Source: Camelus dromedarius
Lineage: Eukaryota
NCBI RefSeq assembly: GCF_036321535.1
Contig: NC_087437.1
Location: 15,068,001-15,132,000, forward strand
Length of the DNA stretch: 64,000 bases
Direction: 5' to 3'
How positions within the stretch are numbered: position 1 is the first letter of the stretch; each line of letters starts with the position of its first letter. The notes beneath the pieces were generated by a model. That model was not told where the DNA came from and did no database searches. It was given only the letters and a program-made list of their open reading frames with translations. Shown one piece after another: positions 1 through 12,689 of the stretch. A program made the position numbers and the translations under genes.

Positions 1-130
1 AATAGCGCTCTTACGCTGGCATGCCCCATCTGCAACGGGGAGGTCAGCGGGGATGGAGCGGGAAGCCGTGAGGCTTGGAGAAGTGCACGGCAGCCTCTTG
101 GCTGACAGAACTAAGAGAAACGGGCACAAA

Positions 131-835
131 GGTTAAAAAACTAAAAATAGACTTACCATATGATCCAGCAATCCCACTCCTGGGTATGTATCCAAACGGA
201 ACTCTAATTCAAAAAGATACATGCACCTCAATGTTCATAGTAGCACTATTTACAACAGCCAAGACATGGAAACAACCTAAATGTCCATTGACAGATGACT
301 GGATAAAGAAGATGTGGTATATTTACACAATGGAATACTACTCAGCCATAAAAAACAATGCCATTCGTAGCAACATGGATGGACCTGGAGATTGTCATTC
401 TAAGTGAAGTTAAGACAAAAAGAGAAAGAAAAATACCGTGTGATATCACTCATGTGGAATCTGAAAAAGAAAAAGAAAAAAAGAAAGTACACTATGAACT
501 CATCTACAAAACAGAAATAGACTTGCAGACATAGTAAACAATCTTATGGTTACCAGGGGAAAAGCGGGGGGTTGGGAACGGATAAATTTGGGAGTTTGAG
601 ATTTGCAAATGTTAGCTACTATATATAAAAATAGATTTAAAAACAAGTGTCTTCTGTATAGCACAGGGAACTGTATTCAATATCTTGTAATAATCTTTAA
701 TGAAAAAGAATATGAAAATGAATGTATGTATGTGTATGTATGACTGGGACATTGTGCTGTTCGCCAGAGACCAACACATTGTAACAGACTGTACTTCAAT
801 AAAAAAATAAAATAAAATAAAAGCTAATTTAAAAA
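131..835 (+). mobile_element. 5'-truncated lineage-specific L1 (ORF2 C-terminus, 3'UTR, A-tail)
   Basis: Encodes LKIDLPYDPAIPLLGMYP...MFIVALFTTAKTWKQPKCP...WYIYTMEYYSAIK, followed by the 3'UTR, aataaa and an A-rich tail. Confidence 0.95.
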
Positions 836-1049
836 AGAGAGAGAGAGATTCAGCTAGAGCGCGCCTCCTCAGCTCCTGATCCCCAGTGCCCTTAGGGAAC
901 TGGCCTGTATTACCTTCGTGTTACCACCGCATACCCCACCTTCACCCTGCATTTCGATCCACGCATCTGTCTGTCTACACTTTTCCTTCGTGGTACTGCT
1001 GCACCTGTAATTGATTATTAGCCAATTGCAGCCACACGATTTGTGAACC

Positions 1050-1155
1050 TTCTTGGTTATGTCAGTCTTCCTTCCCAAAGTGTAAATTGCAGGGGAGAAG
1101 GGGTTCTGTTTGTCTTGTTCACCGCCACAAGCCTAGTGCCCAGCACTTGCCTGAT
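1050..1155 (+). mobile_element. L2 3' fragment
   Basis: tgtaaattgc...gtcttgttcaccgcc...cctagtgcccagcac is a typical L2 3' end. Confidence 0.6.
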
Positions 1156-1289
1156 GCGACAGGATGGGCGACAGGGTTCGGGATGTAGACTTGGGTTTCA
1201 CTCTGGTGCCCGCTCCTATCTCAGGGCCCAGGAGGTGCTCTAGAAACGAGAGGAAGGAGGGACCCGAGGATACCTGAGCCCCCTGCAGT

Positions 1290-2000
1290 GGCGGAACTGG
1301 GGGAGGGACCCCACACGGAGGGCTAGGGTGACCGCCCGCCCTGCCCACGACACGGCGGACAGCATGGAGGAAGCCGGGTGTGTGCCCGCGGGCCCTTTCG
1401 CTGCTTCCTGGCATCCTTTTCTCTACTTTTCTCATTCTGTAATGTGTTTATTACACTTTCGTAATATATATATTATATTTTATATATTTATCTGTATACA
1501 GATAAACAGACTAAATGGTGCTTTATCGCGGGACAGGAGAGGGAAACCTCAAGGCCACGTCCGGTGGACAGGCGCAGGCGGGCTCAGACCCGGGCTGCTA
1601 GGGGAGGTCAGGATGGGAGGGTGCATGCGGGAGTGGGATGGGCGAGAGGAGCCCAGTAGGCCCGAGGACGCCGGGGCGAGGACGTTGGTTTGAGAGAGGA
1701 ACGTGGGGCCAGGTGGCGGGGAGCCCACGGCAAGGTGCGCGGTCGGGACGCAGAGCGGGGCTCCCCTGCGTCAGTCCGGCCGGCCGGCGGGGCGTGGTGC
1801 GCCCGCGTGTCGCTGCAGGGCCCCGGCGCGGCGGGCGGCGCCCCCTGGTGGCCACCTGTCGCTCGGCCTGGCTCCCGCGGCTCCGGTCTGGGCTCTGCAG
1901 ACCCCAGCCGCCTGCCCTGCGCCGCCTGTCTGCGGTGGAAAGGAGAGAAAAGGAACCTGGACTACAGCCCGCTGTGCCTCAGGTTCCTCACGGCAAACGG
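1290..2000. promoter_or_regulatory. CpG island downstream of SLCO2A1
   Basis: Very high GC content and dense CpG, strongest at 1660-1940. Confidence 0.8.
1836..1854 (-). promoter_or_regulatory. CTCF binding motif
   Basis: Minus strand reads TGGCCACCAGGGGGCGCCG, essentially the CTCF core consensus TGGCCACCAGGGGGCGCTA. Confidence 0.8.
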
Positions 2001-2102
2001 CCTGATAACTGCATCTCATTGGACTGTGGTGACGATTAAATGTGCAAACGTATGGGAAGCTCTTAGAACCATGTCTGAGCGCTCAACACACCTGAGCTAT
2101 TG
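1950..2102 (+). mobile_element. MIR SINE
   Basis: tgtgcctcaggttcctca...gtgacgattaaatg...cttagaaccatgtctg matches the MIR core and 3' end. Confidence 0.7.
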
Positions 2103-2232
2103 AAAGGCTGGGCTGCAGGAGCCCTTCTGGAATCTCAGCGTGTCTGGGGAGGCAACCGGGGCGAACGAGCTGGACCGGAACACTGAAACCTGCCTGGGTC
2201 TGCTAGTGGGGACCCGAGGGAAAGCTTCTGCC

Positions 2233-2912
2233 TCATAATGAAGACCAAGGTTTAAGCAAATGTTGGCCCCTATCTGGGACCTCTGAGGTCACGTTTATGG
2301 ATTTGGTGTCTGTAGAAGGGGACACCCGACGTATCGCACATTTATGGACGACAAAGCAAAGAGAAAGGGGTTGACGACAGACACACCGGGGGCCTGAATG
2401 GACACTCCTTTGAATTAGCTGCCCCAGTCTGCCCTGAGACTGTCTCTCCGATTCCCAGCTCCAAGCCTGGACTTTCAGCACCCAGAAGGGAAGAGAGAGG
2501 AGGTGGAGGGGGAAGGGAGGGGATAGAGCAGCTTCCATCCCACCCGACCCTGCCAGCCCCTGCCCCGGGGCTGGGGCAGCCCTGGAGCTCCGACCAAGAA
2601 GGAGGCTGCAAAGGCGTGGTTCCTCCCAGCACCAGAAGCGGGGACTCCCTGGGAGTGTGCTGGGTGGGCTGGTGTGTGCTGGGGGTACTGGGGGCCCCTC
2701 TCTGAGGGATGACATGGCCCATGCAGGAGCCCCTTCCCAGGGTAGCCAGAGTCCAGGAGGTGACCCAAGCTGGAAGCACCTCCCTGGGATCGGTTGGCTG
2801 GGGCTTCTAGGCCCTCCTCCCAGGCCCTGAATGGGAAGAGGTGGGCTTGGGCCCTGAGCCAGGAGACAGGACCAGGCTGGCCCCACCACTCATGGTGCAA
2901 GGCAGCCCTCAA
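2233..2912 (-). other. Probable orthologous locus of human C3orf36, frameshifted relative to the human ORF; contains a 160-codon ATG ORF at 2715..2233
   Basis: Syntenic position 3' of SLCO2A1 on the same strand. Peptide patches in three frames (EGAPAWA, QHTP, CSIPSL, SSLFPSGC, QSQGRLGQLI) resemble human C3orf36 as recalled from memory; not verified by search. Confidence 0.55.
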
Positions 2913-3539
2913 GACCCTCCAGTTCTAAGCCGGGACATGACCACCTCTCCAGAGATGACCCTGGCTCTCCTTCACACACCCTGTGTCCAGCAAGTTCTCA
3001 GAACTGGCACAGGTTTCCTTGCTTCCTGACCTACGCCTGGAATGTCTTCACCTGCACTTTGAAATCTCTTGGAATCTAGTCTATCCTGCAAGACGAGGAT
3101 CAAGCCGCTTCTCTGACCTCTCTGAATGAGCTCGCAGCACTTGGCCTTTGCCTTCTGTTAAAGTCTTATTCTTGCTCCTAATTATGTGCCCTTGAAGGTT
3201 GGGGACCAGGTGTGTGTTCCCTTTTGTCCTCATGGACATCAGGTACTAAGTGAATAAATGAGGCACGAGTGACAACTCGGAGGGGCTTTGTTTCCTCCAT
3301 CTGTAGGACAGGACTAGTTGTACCGGCCTCCCCGGGGCTGGGGGAAGATCTGGGTGAGACTCCTCCACTGGGGATCAACTCACCAACCCCCCTCCTCAGG
3401 GCCCTTCTCTTTGACTCCTCAGCCTCCTCGATCCCATGGCCCTTTGCCCCAGCACATCTCTACCATCTCAGGAGAACCCTTCCCTGACCCTGCATCGCCC
3501 TCTGCCACCACTCCACTCTGCTTCCTCAGAGCCGGCCTC

Positions 3540-3796
3540 CGAGTGCAGGCGAGGAGTGTTACTTCTGGGCCAAAACATTTCCTTAGCAGTGCAAGACCTG
3601 CGAGGACTTCCTGGCCCTGCCCCGTCACCTGAGGCAGGACGTTATGAAATAAAGGTACTCAGCCACCACATGTCCCGGAGAGTCACCCAGACCCACAGTA
3701 GACTTTAGGTGAGCAAGACATGCACTCCCGTTGTGTCACATGACAGATGGATGACGTTTGTTACCACAGCACAGCCAAGCCTATGCTGAGTTACAG
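3540..3796 (+). mobile_element. MaLR LTR (MLT1J-like)
   Basis: gtgttacttctgggccaaaacattt...gtttgttaccacagcacagccaagcctatgctgagttaca is an MLT1-type 3' terminus. Confidence 0.6.
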
Positions 3797-4729
3797 TTAA
3801 AGGAATTTGTTTAATGAATGGGTGGTTTTGCAAACTGTAAAGGTCCGTGCACTGTTATTGAGTCGGAGCAGGTGCCCGGGGGGCAGGGACGCCAGCAGGC
3901 TGCGGTGACACCATGCTGTGTGGCAACAGCACTGCAGGGGCGGGGATGGGGCAGAGAGTGGATGAACGGGCAGGGTGTGTCATGGGAGAAAAACTTTCTC
4001 TCCGGTAACGATTTGCCAAGGGCTTGCCCACGACCTGTTCACATATTTAACCTCTGATGGAAGTTTATAGTGAAATCTGTGCTATTAGCAGGAGGTAGAC
4101 ACTTCTCCCAGGTGTGTAGTTCCTGTGGTTGTAAAAGGTAAGGTTTTTCTCTTGGATTCACAGGTTTTTGGGTTGTTGTTTTGGGTTTTTTTTCCCTGTT
4201 TCTTTCTTTCACACACACACACACACACAGCACCTGCCAACCCCTCTGGGAATCTGTAATATAATATTTTAATATCAACTTGATACTGACTAGATCCAGC
4301 CCCAAACTTAGCTGTATCTCTCCATCTTCGAGGACGGTTGGAGAAAATCACAACGTGGCTTCGTGAGAATCTCCCAAGCGAGAATCTGCTAACCCGTCAC
4401 CAGGTGGAGGTGTCCCCTTGAAGGTCTGTCTGTGTGCAGCCCTCTCGGGGCCTTTTCTCCTGATGGCCTTTTTTCCCTTTGTCCCTTTTCTCTGTGACTT
4501 TCTTTTGACTCTGGGTGCGATAGGGCTGACGCTGCCTTGGTTAATGAACAGTTGTAATGTTGTGACCTGAATAGAAGGTGGGTAAGTGAAACACTACCTG
4601 GCTCTCTCCACCTCCATCACCCACTTCCCTTCACCCTCAGTAGATGCCCCCACCTGCCCCTGGCGGTCCAGTGAACTCCCGTGGGAACAGAGGCACTTCC
4701 ACCCGCCTCCAATTTCAGAATAAGCTGGA

Positions 4730-4950
4730 GCTGGAGCAGACAGACAGGGCTGGACAGCCTGGTTTGAGTCCAGGTCTGGCTAGTTATTTGCATAGAGTTG
4801 ACCCCAATGGTTACTTCCTTGATTGCAAATTCCTCATCTTCAAATGGGGCTTGAAGACCAGTCTGGCCTCTACCATGGGGCTATGGGAAGGATCACTCCA
4901 GAGGGCTTTGGGCCAAAGGATAATTTATGACAATATGGTGTTTAATTATC
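4730..4950 (+). mobile_element. MIR SINE
   Basis: cctggtttgagtcc...ttcctcatcttcaaatgggg. Confidence 0.55.
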
Positions 4951-6149
4951 ACTGCATTTTCTCTCTCTGGAGCCAAGAAAGGTCAAGGAAGGATGCAATT
5001 AAAAGGTTCCTGCAGACTCTTCCTTTCCTTCCTTTTCGTTCATCCCTTGAGGGACTGGGAGAGGGAGTGAGGCAGAGGGCAGGCTTCCTAGGACTGGACG
5101 TGGCAGGGAGCATGGCTGGGGTGTGCCCAGGGAGCTGGCCCTAGTCTTGGGATCTGGCCTCTGCAGGGTTTCCAGGCTCTGGGGAGAAGCAGGGCTGACA
5201 GGGGGCCTCAGACTGGGAACGGACCAAAGACCCCCGGTGGCAGGATCCAAGGACCTGTGGATGGCTCTGGGAGCCAGGCCCAAGGCTGGTTGATACTGAA
5301 TTTCCAGGCAGCCAGCAGCATGAAGGCTTGAAGTCAGACACAACCGATTTAAAGAACTAACTGTGACACATTTCGCACTCCCAGGCTTGAATTCCCCTCT
5401 CAGAACTGGTGAGAACCTAATATAAATGTGAGCTCTTGCACCGTCTTCTGAGCCCACTGGCCCCTGATGGCAGCCACCCAGGAGATCAGATTCACCCTGT
5501 CCACATCCACTCACATCTGAGCTAACCAAAGGCCTACTGAGTGTCAATGTCTCGGTGGTCTAAGCATAAGTGGGCGTCCCTGACGCTCTGAGGACCCACC
5601 ACACTGGGTTTGACCACCACCCGCATCAGCCTCACACAAGGGGCCGGTGAGAAGTGTCACTCCTGGGTCCCCCTCAGACCTAAATAAATAGCCCTGGAGC
5701 TGGGTGGAGAGGGCTGGGAGCCTGCTTTAACAACACCCTCTACGAGAGTCTGACACTCAAGGAGGCTTGTTAAGCTTTGCTCCAGACATGAAATGAAGGT
5801 GAGTGTTACGGTCCCTGTTGGCAGTTGGAAAGATTTGCTGCGGAAACAGCAGGATTGGCTGTGACCAAGTGATCGGTGATGATTATGACATTAGTTCTGT
5901 TCTGTATCGTGGACTTAGCTGTTCGTGTCCAACCCCACTTCTGCACAGAAACTCAAGGGCAGGGATCAGGTCCCCCAGAGCCCTGCACCGTGGGCATTTG
6001 ACAGTCCCCTGCAGAGATTCACTGACCAAACAAAAGGTGTCTGCTGCCTGCTCTGTACCAGGCTGATGGGTTGAGTTGTGTTACCTCCCATCCCCCCAGC
6101 CGTGGGCCCCTGAGGGTCGTGTCACGGCATCCCCTCTGGCCAGAGGCAC

Positions 6150-8017
6150 AAGTTCTGTTGGCTCTCTGACAGATATACATGACAATGCAAATTCATGACC
6201 AAGTTACATCAGTAGCAAAATTATAATATATTAATAGCAATATCATAATAGAATAAAGGCTTCAGAGGGCAACCATCTTCCAGAATCTAAAGGTTGGCAT
6301 TCTCTGTTGATGAGCTCAGCTGAAGGCAGCGCCTTCAGAATTTGGTTAAATTGCAGCGAGAAGGACCAGGATTAGTCGCAGGGAATCATTTTCCAAGCAG
6401 GACCATTTTAAAGGCTGACACTGGCCCCTGAGGTTGCATAGAGCCTCCCTTCCTGAGTGAGAGCTTAGGAAACAGAGCTGGTGGCTTTGGAATCAGGTTG
6501 TCTGTAGCGGTGGCCTTCACAAAGACTTTGGTCCCATGGCAGAGTGGCCATTGACATTCTACCATATGAGGCCTTCCCCAAAGTGGCTTCTGGAAGGGTC
6601 TTCCAAGAGGAGAGGCACTCAACAGCTCCATTCACCTGTGACCATGACCAACGGCCAGCTGCCCCAGGGGACAGGGTGAGTCAGCTCTCTGTCTCTGAAG
6701 GCCAGGTGTGGGCTCAGTCCATCTCTGGTTCCTGCTGTGAATCCCCCGCGTTGCCCAGCAAGCCCTCTCTACAGATGGAGGGCGGGGAGGCGAGACCACA
6801 GGGAAGCTCAGGGGAGAACCACACACTAGCGCTGCCTTATACAAAAGTCAGTCTCCAATAAATAAAGTATTTGTGGATGAAAGGCCTCCTTTGTTGGCTT
6901 CTAACTCTGAACCTCCACCCCACAGCAGCAGCGCCTCTCTGCCCTGGGGGGTTGAGAAGAGGCTGAGAAATGTTGACGATTATAACAGGCATGTTGGGAA
7001 CCCGGGAAGTCACCTTCTGAGGCCTGTCCTTTCTGGGCTCAGCTGGCCGTCCAGCTTGGCAGCTTCTGACAACCTCTCGGTTTCGGCACTTGTTTGGCTG
7101 ACATCTCTGACCACCTCTTTACTCCACGACCCACAGGCTAAGTCCAGACAGGGGAGCCAGTGTGAAGCCACGGTCATCTGCACCCGAGGAAACTTGGGGA
7201 GGGTCTTCCCATCACTTTGAGAGGAGGAGTCTTGTCTTCACACTGTGGGGCGGGGGTGGCATCATGGCCACCCACAGCCTGCCTCGGCTTCCCCAGGATG
7301 TGGCTTTCCCAGTTTGAGAAGTACCCCCGGAAAGACAGATAAATGTGCGCAGAGCCGCGCACGGCAGGGTCCAGAGTTCATGGGAACAGCACTTGGATGA
7401 CCCATTCTCAGGGTGTCTTAGTCCCAGTTCTGGTGCCTGAGTGTGGGTGAGAGAGGGCGCAGCTGGCTGACCACACTTCCCAACCCGGCAGTTCCCAAAG
7501 TGGCCTCTCGGGGCAGGGAGCGAGCATCTGAGGGGAAGGGAGCCAGCCCCTCCTGGGGTCTGTGCTGGTGCTAAACCCAGATGCAGAGGCGGCTGAGCCA
7601 GGCTACCCCTAGGCTGGTTCGGGCCAATAATAACTCAGCCCCTCACTTCTTCCTCTGGGCAGAGACCCAGAGGTCTCCCCACTTAGGAAACCACCCCCTG
7701 CAGGGTTGGTGGGGGACAGAGCTGCCTCAGTGAGCATCCTCATCGGGCAGGGTGAGCCTGGGCCTCTGGGGGCCCCTCCCAAGGAGCCAGGGAAGACCCA
7801 GCCCTCCAGCTCTGTGCCCACCGGGCCCAGGTGCACAGCAGCCCTAAGGGACCCTAGGGGTGGGGGTTTTGGGAGGAGGGGACAGGGAGGGAAAATGGCA
7901 ATGGGGTTTTCTTTCTTATTTAGGAAACAAAAAGGAGACGCCATGTTAACATTAGTAATATAGGCAGGTGTGGGGCAGGGTCCGCTCCCGCAAGCAGGGC
8001 GCGGGCCGAGGTCACAG
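6150..8017 (-). other. SLCO2A1: SLCO2A1 3'UTR (distal end approximate)
   Basis: Repeat-poor sequence after the stop codon, with AU-rich blocks at 6170-6260, 6835-6875 and 7900-7965. The end is inferred from the last AU-rich/UGUA block. Confidence 0.6.
6857..6865 (-). promoter_or_regulatory. AU-rich element nonamer UUAUUUAUU
   Basis: Plus-strand aataaataa reads TTATTTATT on the mRNA strand, within the 3'UTR. Confidence 0.6.
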
Positions 8018-8437
<420 letters not shown>

Positions 8438-8592
8438 TCAGCCAGCCTGCAGGGTCCCAACTTCCCAGCAGAGCCAGAAGGAGAGGGTAGCTTCCCGCTG
8501 CCCTCTCGGCCGACCCTCTCCCGGCCTTCTATGCCACTCCTACAGCACTTCCAGACCCCATGCAGCCCCTCGAGCCCACTCTCCCACGGTTG

Positions 8593-8758
8593 CTTTTTGT
8601 TTGTTTGTTTTCATGTTTTTGTTTTAAGTTTTTTGAGGGGGAGGTAATTAGGTTTGTTTGTTCGTTAATTAATTAATTAATGGAGGTACTGGGAATTGAA
8701 CCCAGGGCCTTGTGCATGCTAAGCACATGTTCTACAATTGAGCTATACCCCCACCCCC
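8593..8758 (-). mobile_element. tRNA-Ala-derived camelid SINE (Vic-1-like), long form
   Basis: Reverse complement gives ggtatagctcaattgtagaacatgtgcttagcatgcacaaggccctgggttcaattcccagtacctcca, then an AT-rich linker, cctaattacctccccc and an A-tail. Confidence 0.85.
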
Positions 8759-9256
8759 TACCTCACTGCTTCTGTCTGCATGAGGCAGCAGGTGAGGTGG
8801 CCATAAGGGGTGCAGAACTCAGGGGCGCTGCAGCTGGGCTCGGACACCTGAGGCAGGTTGCACCCACCTGCCCTTGGCCTCTGCAAGGAGCCAGGAAGGG
8901 CCACCTCTTTCTGAGCAGCAGGAGGCTGGCCTGGCATCATCACTGCACAGCCATGGCTTCTCCCTTGGGCTCCAGCCACCCTCTGTCCCTTTGACAAAAC
9001 TCTTTCTGCTGCTGTCCCTCCCAAGAGCCAGGGGGGATCACAGACAGGGGGCCACATCGGAGCAGCCCCTGGGGCTTGTTTCTTGGACGGCTCTCTGTGA
9101 GCCCCAAAATGCGTGTCACTGGTGGCCCCCGCTCCCTGCCCATGGCAGCACCCCTCTGGTCCTCCCAGTCAGAGGCCTGACAGCTCCCTGACTGCTAGAG
9201 CAGACAACTGCCCTCAGCTCGGGCCTGGGGCCTGGCCTGGGCACGCGGGGCCCTCA

Positions 9257-9403
<147 letters not shown>

Positions 9404-11299
9404 TCAGAGAGCCCAGGTCACACGGTGCTGCTGTCGGCGAGCCCCACCCACATCCCTTGGCGCCCCTGCACGGCTCACATGCATGAGGGCAGCTCTGCCC
9501 CACCCCAGGATCCACAGCAACTTTGCAAAGCAGAATAGCTTTCCGTGAAGCCTGAATTACTCTCTCACTTGAGTCTTAGGAGAGAAAAGAGACCTGAGCC
9601 ATCCTTTCGGGGCCATGTGAGTCACAGATGTCACCGTGCGCCAGCTCAGACAAATTACACAGTTCCCCTACTTGGAATCAGCCCAAGTGGAGCCGTGCTG
9701 GGCTCCACTGGGTGGCAGGAGGCTCCTGAGAGCACGAGTCCTTAAGGCCTCCCAGCAGCCGGGAGGTGGGTGGGCGCCCTCATTTTAACAGGGAGAAAGG
9801 TGGGCTCGGCCGGCTTACCACGGCGTAGCAGGGCGGGATCAGGGCTGGACTTTGAACTCTTGTTTTTGGAAGTTTGAGTCCCATGTTCTTCCACTAGGCC
9901 AAGCTGCCCTGCTGGCTTAGACAACACCCTCCGAAGACCCTCAACACCCTGGCTGCTCAGAGCCTCTGCCCCAGGCCCCCTGAACTTCCACACTGCTGAG
10001 AGGTGAGACCCAGGCCCTACAGCTGCCAAATACTCACACCAGCCCCTGCATCCTTAGCCACAGTTCTGGGCAGACCCTGGACTGGGGAGCGGCTTGGCTG
10101 GATCCACACCTAGGCCAGGCCACCCCATTCTCAGAACCACTGTGCTGAGAACAGCCTCCCTGATTCTGTTTAGGACCCTGTGAGATGCTGCTTTAGAGGA
10201 AAGGAAGAGGCAGTCTTCTGCTGCGGCTCCATCCAGAAATGAGAACCTTCAAGAACCAGCCTCTCTTCTCAGACCCTGCTGATTCCCGAGTCTCCAGGTT
10301 AATTAGGGGTAGAAACTGGCCACAAGAACTGACCTTCCTGAATGATGTTCCCTGAATAGAAATAAAGTCCAGAGAAATGTTCAACCACTGAAAAAGCTGG
10401 TTCACTCCTCACCCAACACCTTGCACAACCTTGGTTGGAGAGGGCCCCCTGGGGCTTGCATGCAGCAGGCCCCAGGAGAGACGTCTCCCCAGAGCGATCC
10501 CGGAAGCCACTGCGGGGTCAAGTGCAGACCAGACTGTGGGCTCCACAGGGATTTCAGCGTTCAAGGTCAGAAAGTGCGCCGTGATCGCAACAGAAGTCCC
10601 TCCACTGCAGCCACCAGACTCCCCACGGCCATGTGGGCCCCCGGGTCTTTAATAAACGTGTCCAGTCCTTTTACTTTGAGTACCTGTCACTGCAGGGTCT
10701 CCACGTTAGTGTGCTGTGTTTAATCTGGTGCCTGTAAGTGTCTAGAAGGGACAGTCTAGCATGAGCCATCTGGGAAAGGCCCGCAGTGTCCCCACTCCCA
10801 GGGAGGGGACCCCGCACTCAGCTCACACTCCCTTCCACGCACACAGCACCCTTCCTCCGTGGGCTCCAGGCTGCTGGAGAGCATGCAGGGTTGCCGGCAG
10901 AGGTCCCCGCTTTGCTGAATTGAGGTGGGAGGAGTGGGTTTTGTAAAATGGAAGGGAAGCCAGGGCAGGGCTCTGCAGCTGTTCTGGCTGGGACAGGAAT
11001 ACGAGGTTTTTGTTCCTACAGCGAATTCTTGGAGAGAGATGAAAAAACACCTGCCTTCAACGTGCTCTTAGACATTCTCCACTGTGTCCACTTTTCCTTT
11101 TTCTTACATAATTTAGTTTGGAATTAATGTCTGAGATGGAATCTTTCCTAACCTCAAATGACAGGGAAACCGCCCATACGGGGTTTGGCATTTGCTGTTG
11201 CGTTGGTACAGCTTCTCTTTACAACAGAGATGAGATGGGGCTTTCCCCCATCCGCGTCCTGCACTGCACAGCCCTCCGATTTCCCCTCACCTGGGGTCA

Positions 11300-11416
<117 letters not shown>

Positions 11417-12689
11417 TCAGCAGCGGGAGGACCCAGAGCTGTGCCTTCCCTCCGTCAGAACCTGCCCTCGCGTGGCCTGTCTGGCTTCCCCTTGGCCAGC
11501 GCTTCTGTTTTTGGTTTCAGAGATTCTCAGAGCAGGATGGCTGGACCAGCCACATCTGCATCCCTGGGAACGTGTTGGAGATGAACATTCTCAGGCCTTG
11601 CCTCAGAGGACGAATTGGACACTCTGGCGGGGGGCCCGGCAGTCTGTGTCGCGAGGAGCCCTCCGGGAGAGTCTGTGCACACTCAGGTCTGGGAACCACT
11701 GGTTGAGGGAAAGCATCTGGGGCTGAGGTGACAGTAAGGAGGGAAACTCAGATCTCGGCGTGGGTTTTGTGTTACTTCCATAGTTCTGCTAGCAAACGGG
11801 AAAGGGACCCTCTTTCAGTTTCTCAGAATGCCCACTGGGGTGGAGCAGGGGAGAGGTACCTGCTGGGATCCCCCCAGTGGAAAGCGCCTCAGATCTCAAT
11901 CTAATGGACGCGCCCTTTACTGCCCACAGACCCCTCCTTTGGCCTAGTCCACAGCAGACCTTCCATGTTGTGGTCCTTAACCCCAGGCAGACTCCCTGCA
12001 TTCTCAATCAAGTGGGTCTCGGGAACCTCAATTTGGTTCTGATGGAGATCTTGGGCCCCTCCTGGTCTCTGCCCCTTCAGCCCTGAATTAACACTGGCCC
12101 GCTGACCACCCCCTCTCCTGACATGTTTCCGGCAAACCTTCACTCCCAACCTGTATTTCTGTGCCTGGCCAGGGGCCAGGATGGACACAAAGGAGGCTCC
12201 TGTCACAGACAAAGTCATCTTTAAACCTCAGCTTCTCCACATTACACAGCATCCACTCTTTTCTCTTTCTCAGAGGGATTTATCTTTAAACCATTTTGGG
12301 ATCCTGGGGCCTCTTCTCCAGATTCAGTCCAGCCCCTGACCAGACTTCGAAGGGAGAGGTTTTCCAGAAAAGCCCATCCTGTGCTCTCCCTCCCTCCTTC
12401 CCCACCACTGGGGCTTGAGCGTCCTCGGGGAAGTGATCTGACGCACCCCAACCCTCAGCCTCACTGCTCAGGGATTTCCTTATGAAATCTCTTTCTCCTA
12501 TTCCCGCTCCTCGTCATGGCCACCCACACACCTGTCTAAGGATTCCTGGGTCCACCATGGTCCATCTGACGCCGGGTGCCAGAAGGGAGCCCCACAGGGG
12601 CCTTGGGTGAAGGTGCAGGTACTTGGAATGCGCGGATGGGGGCAGCAGAGGAGAGGCTGAGGTGGTGCTGGGAGAGGAATACTCCCTGG

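Noticed and set aside
75..407. 110-aa ORF as a host gene
   Set aside because: It is the L1 ORF2 C-terminus of a truncated element.
6252..6257. AATAAA as the SLCO2A1 poly(A) signal
   Set aside because: It is on the plus strand, opposite to the gene.
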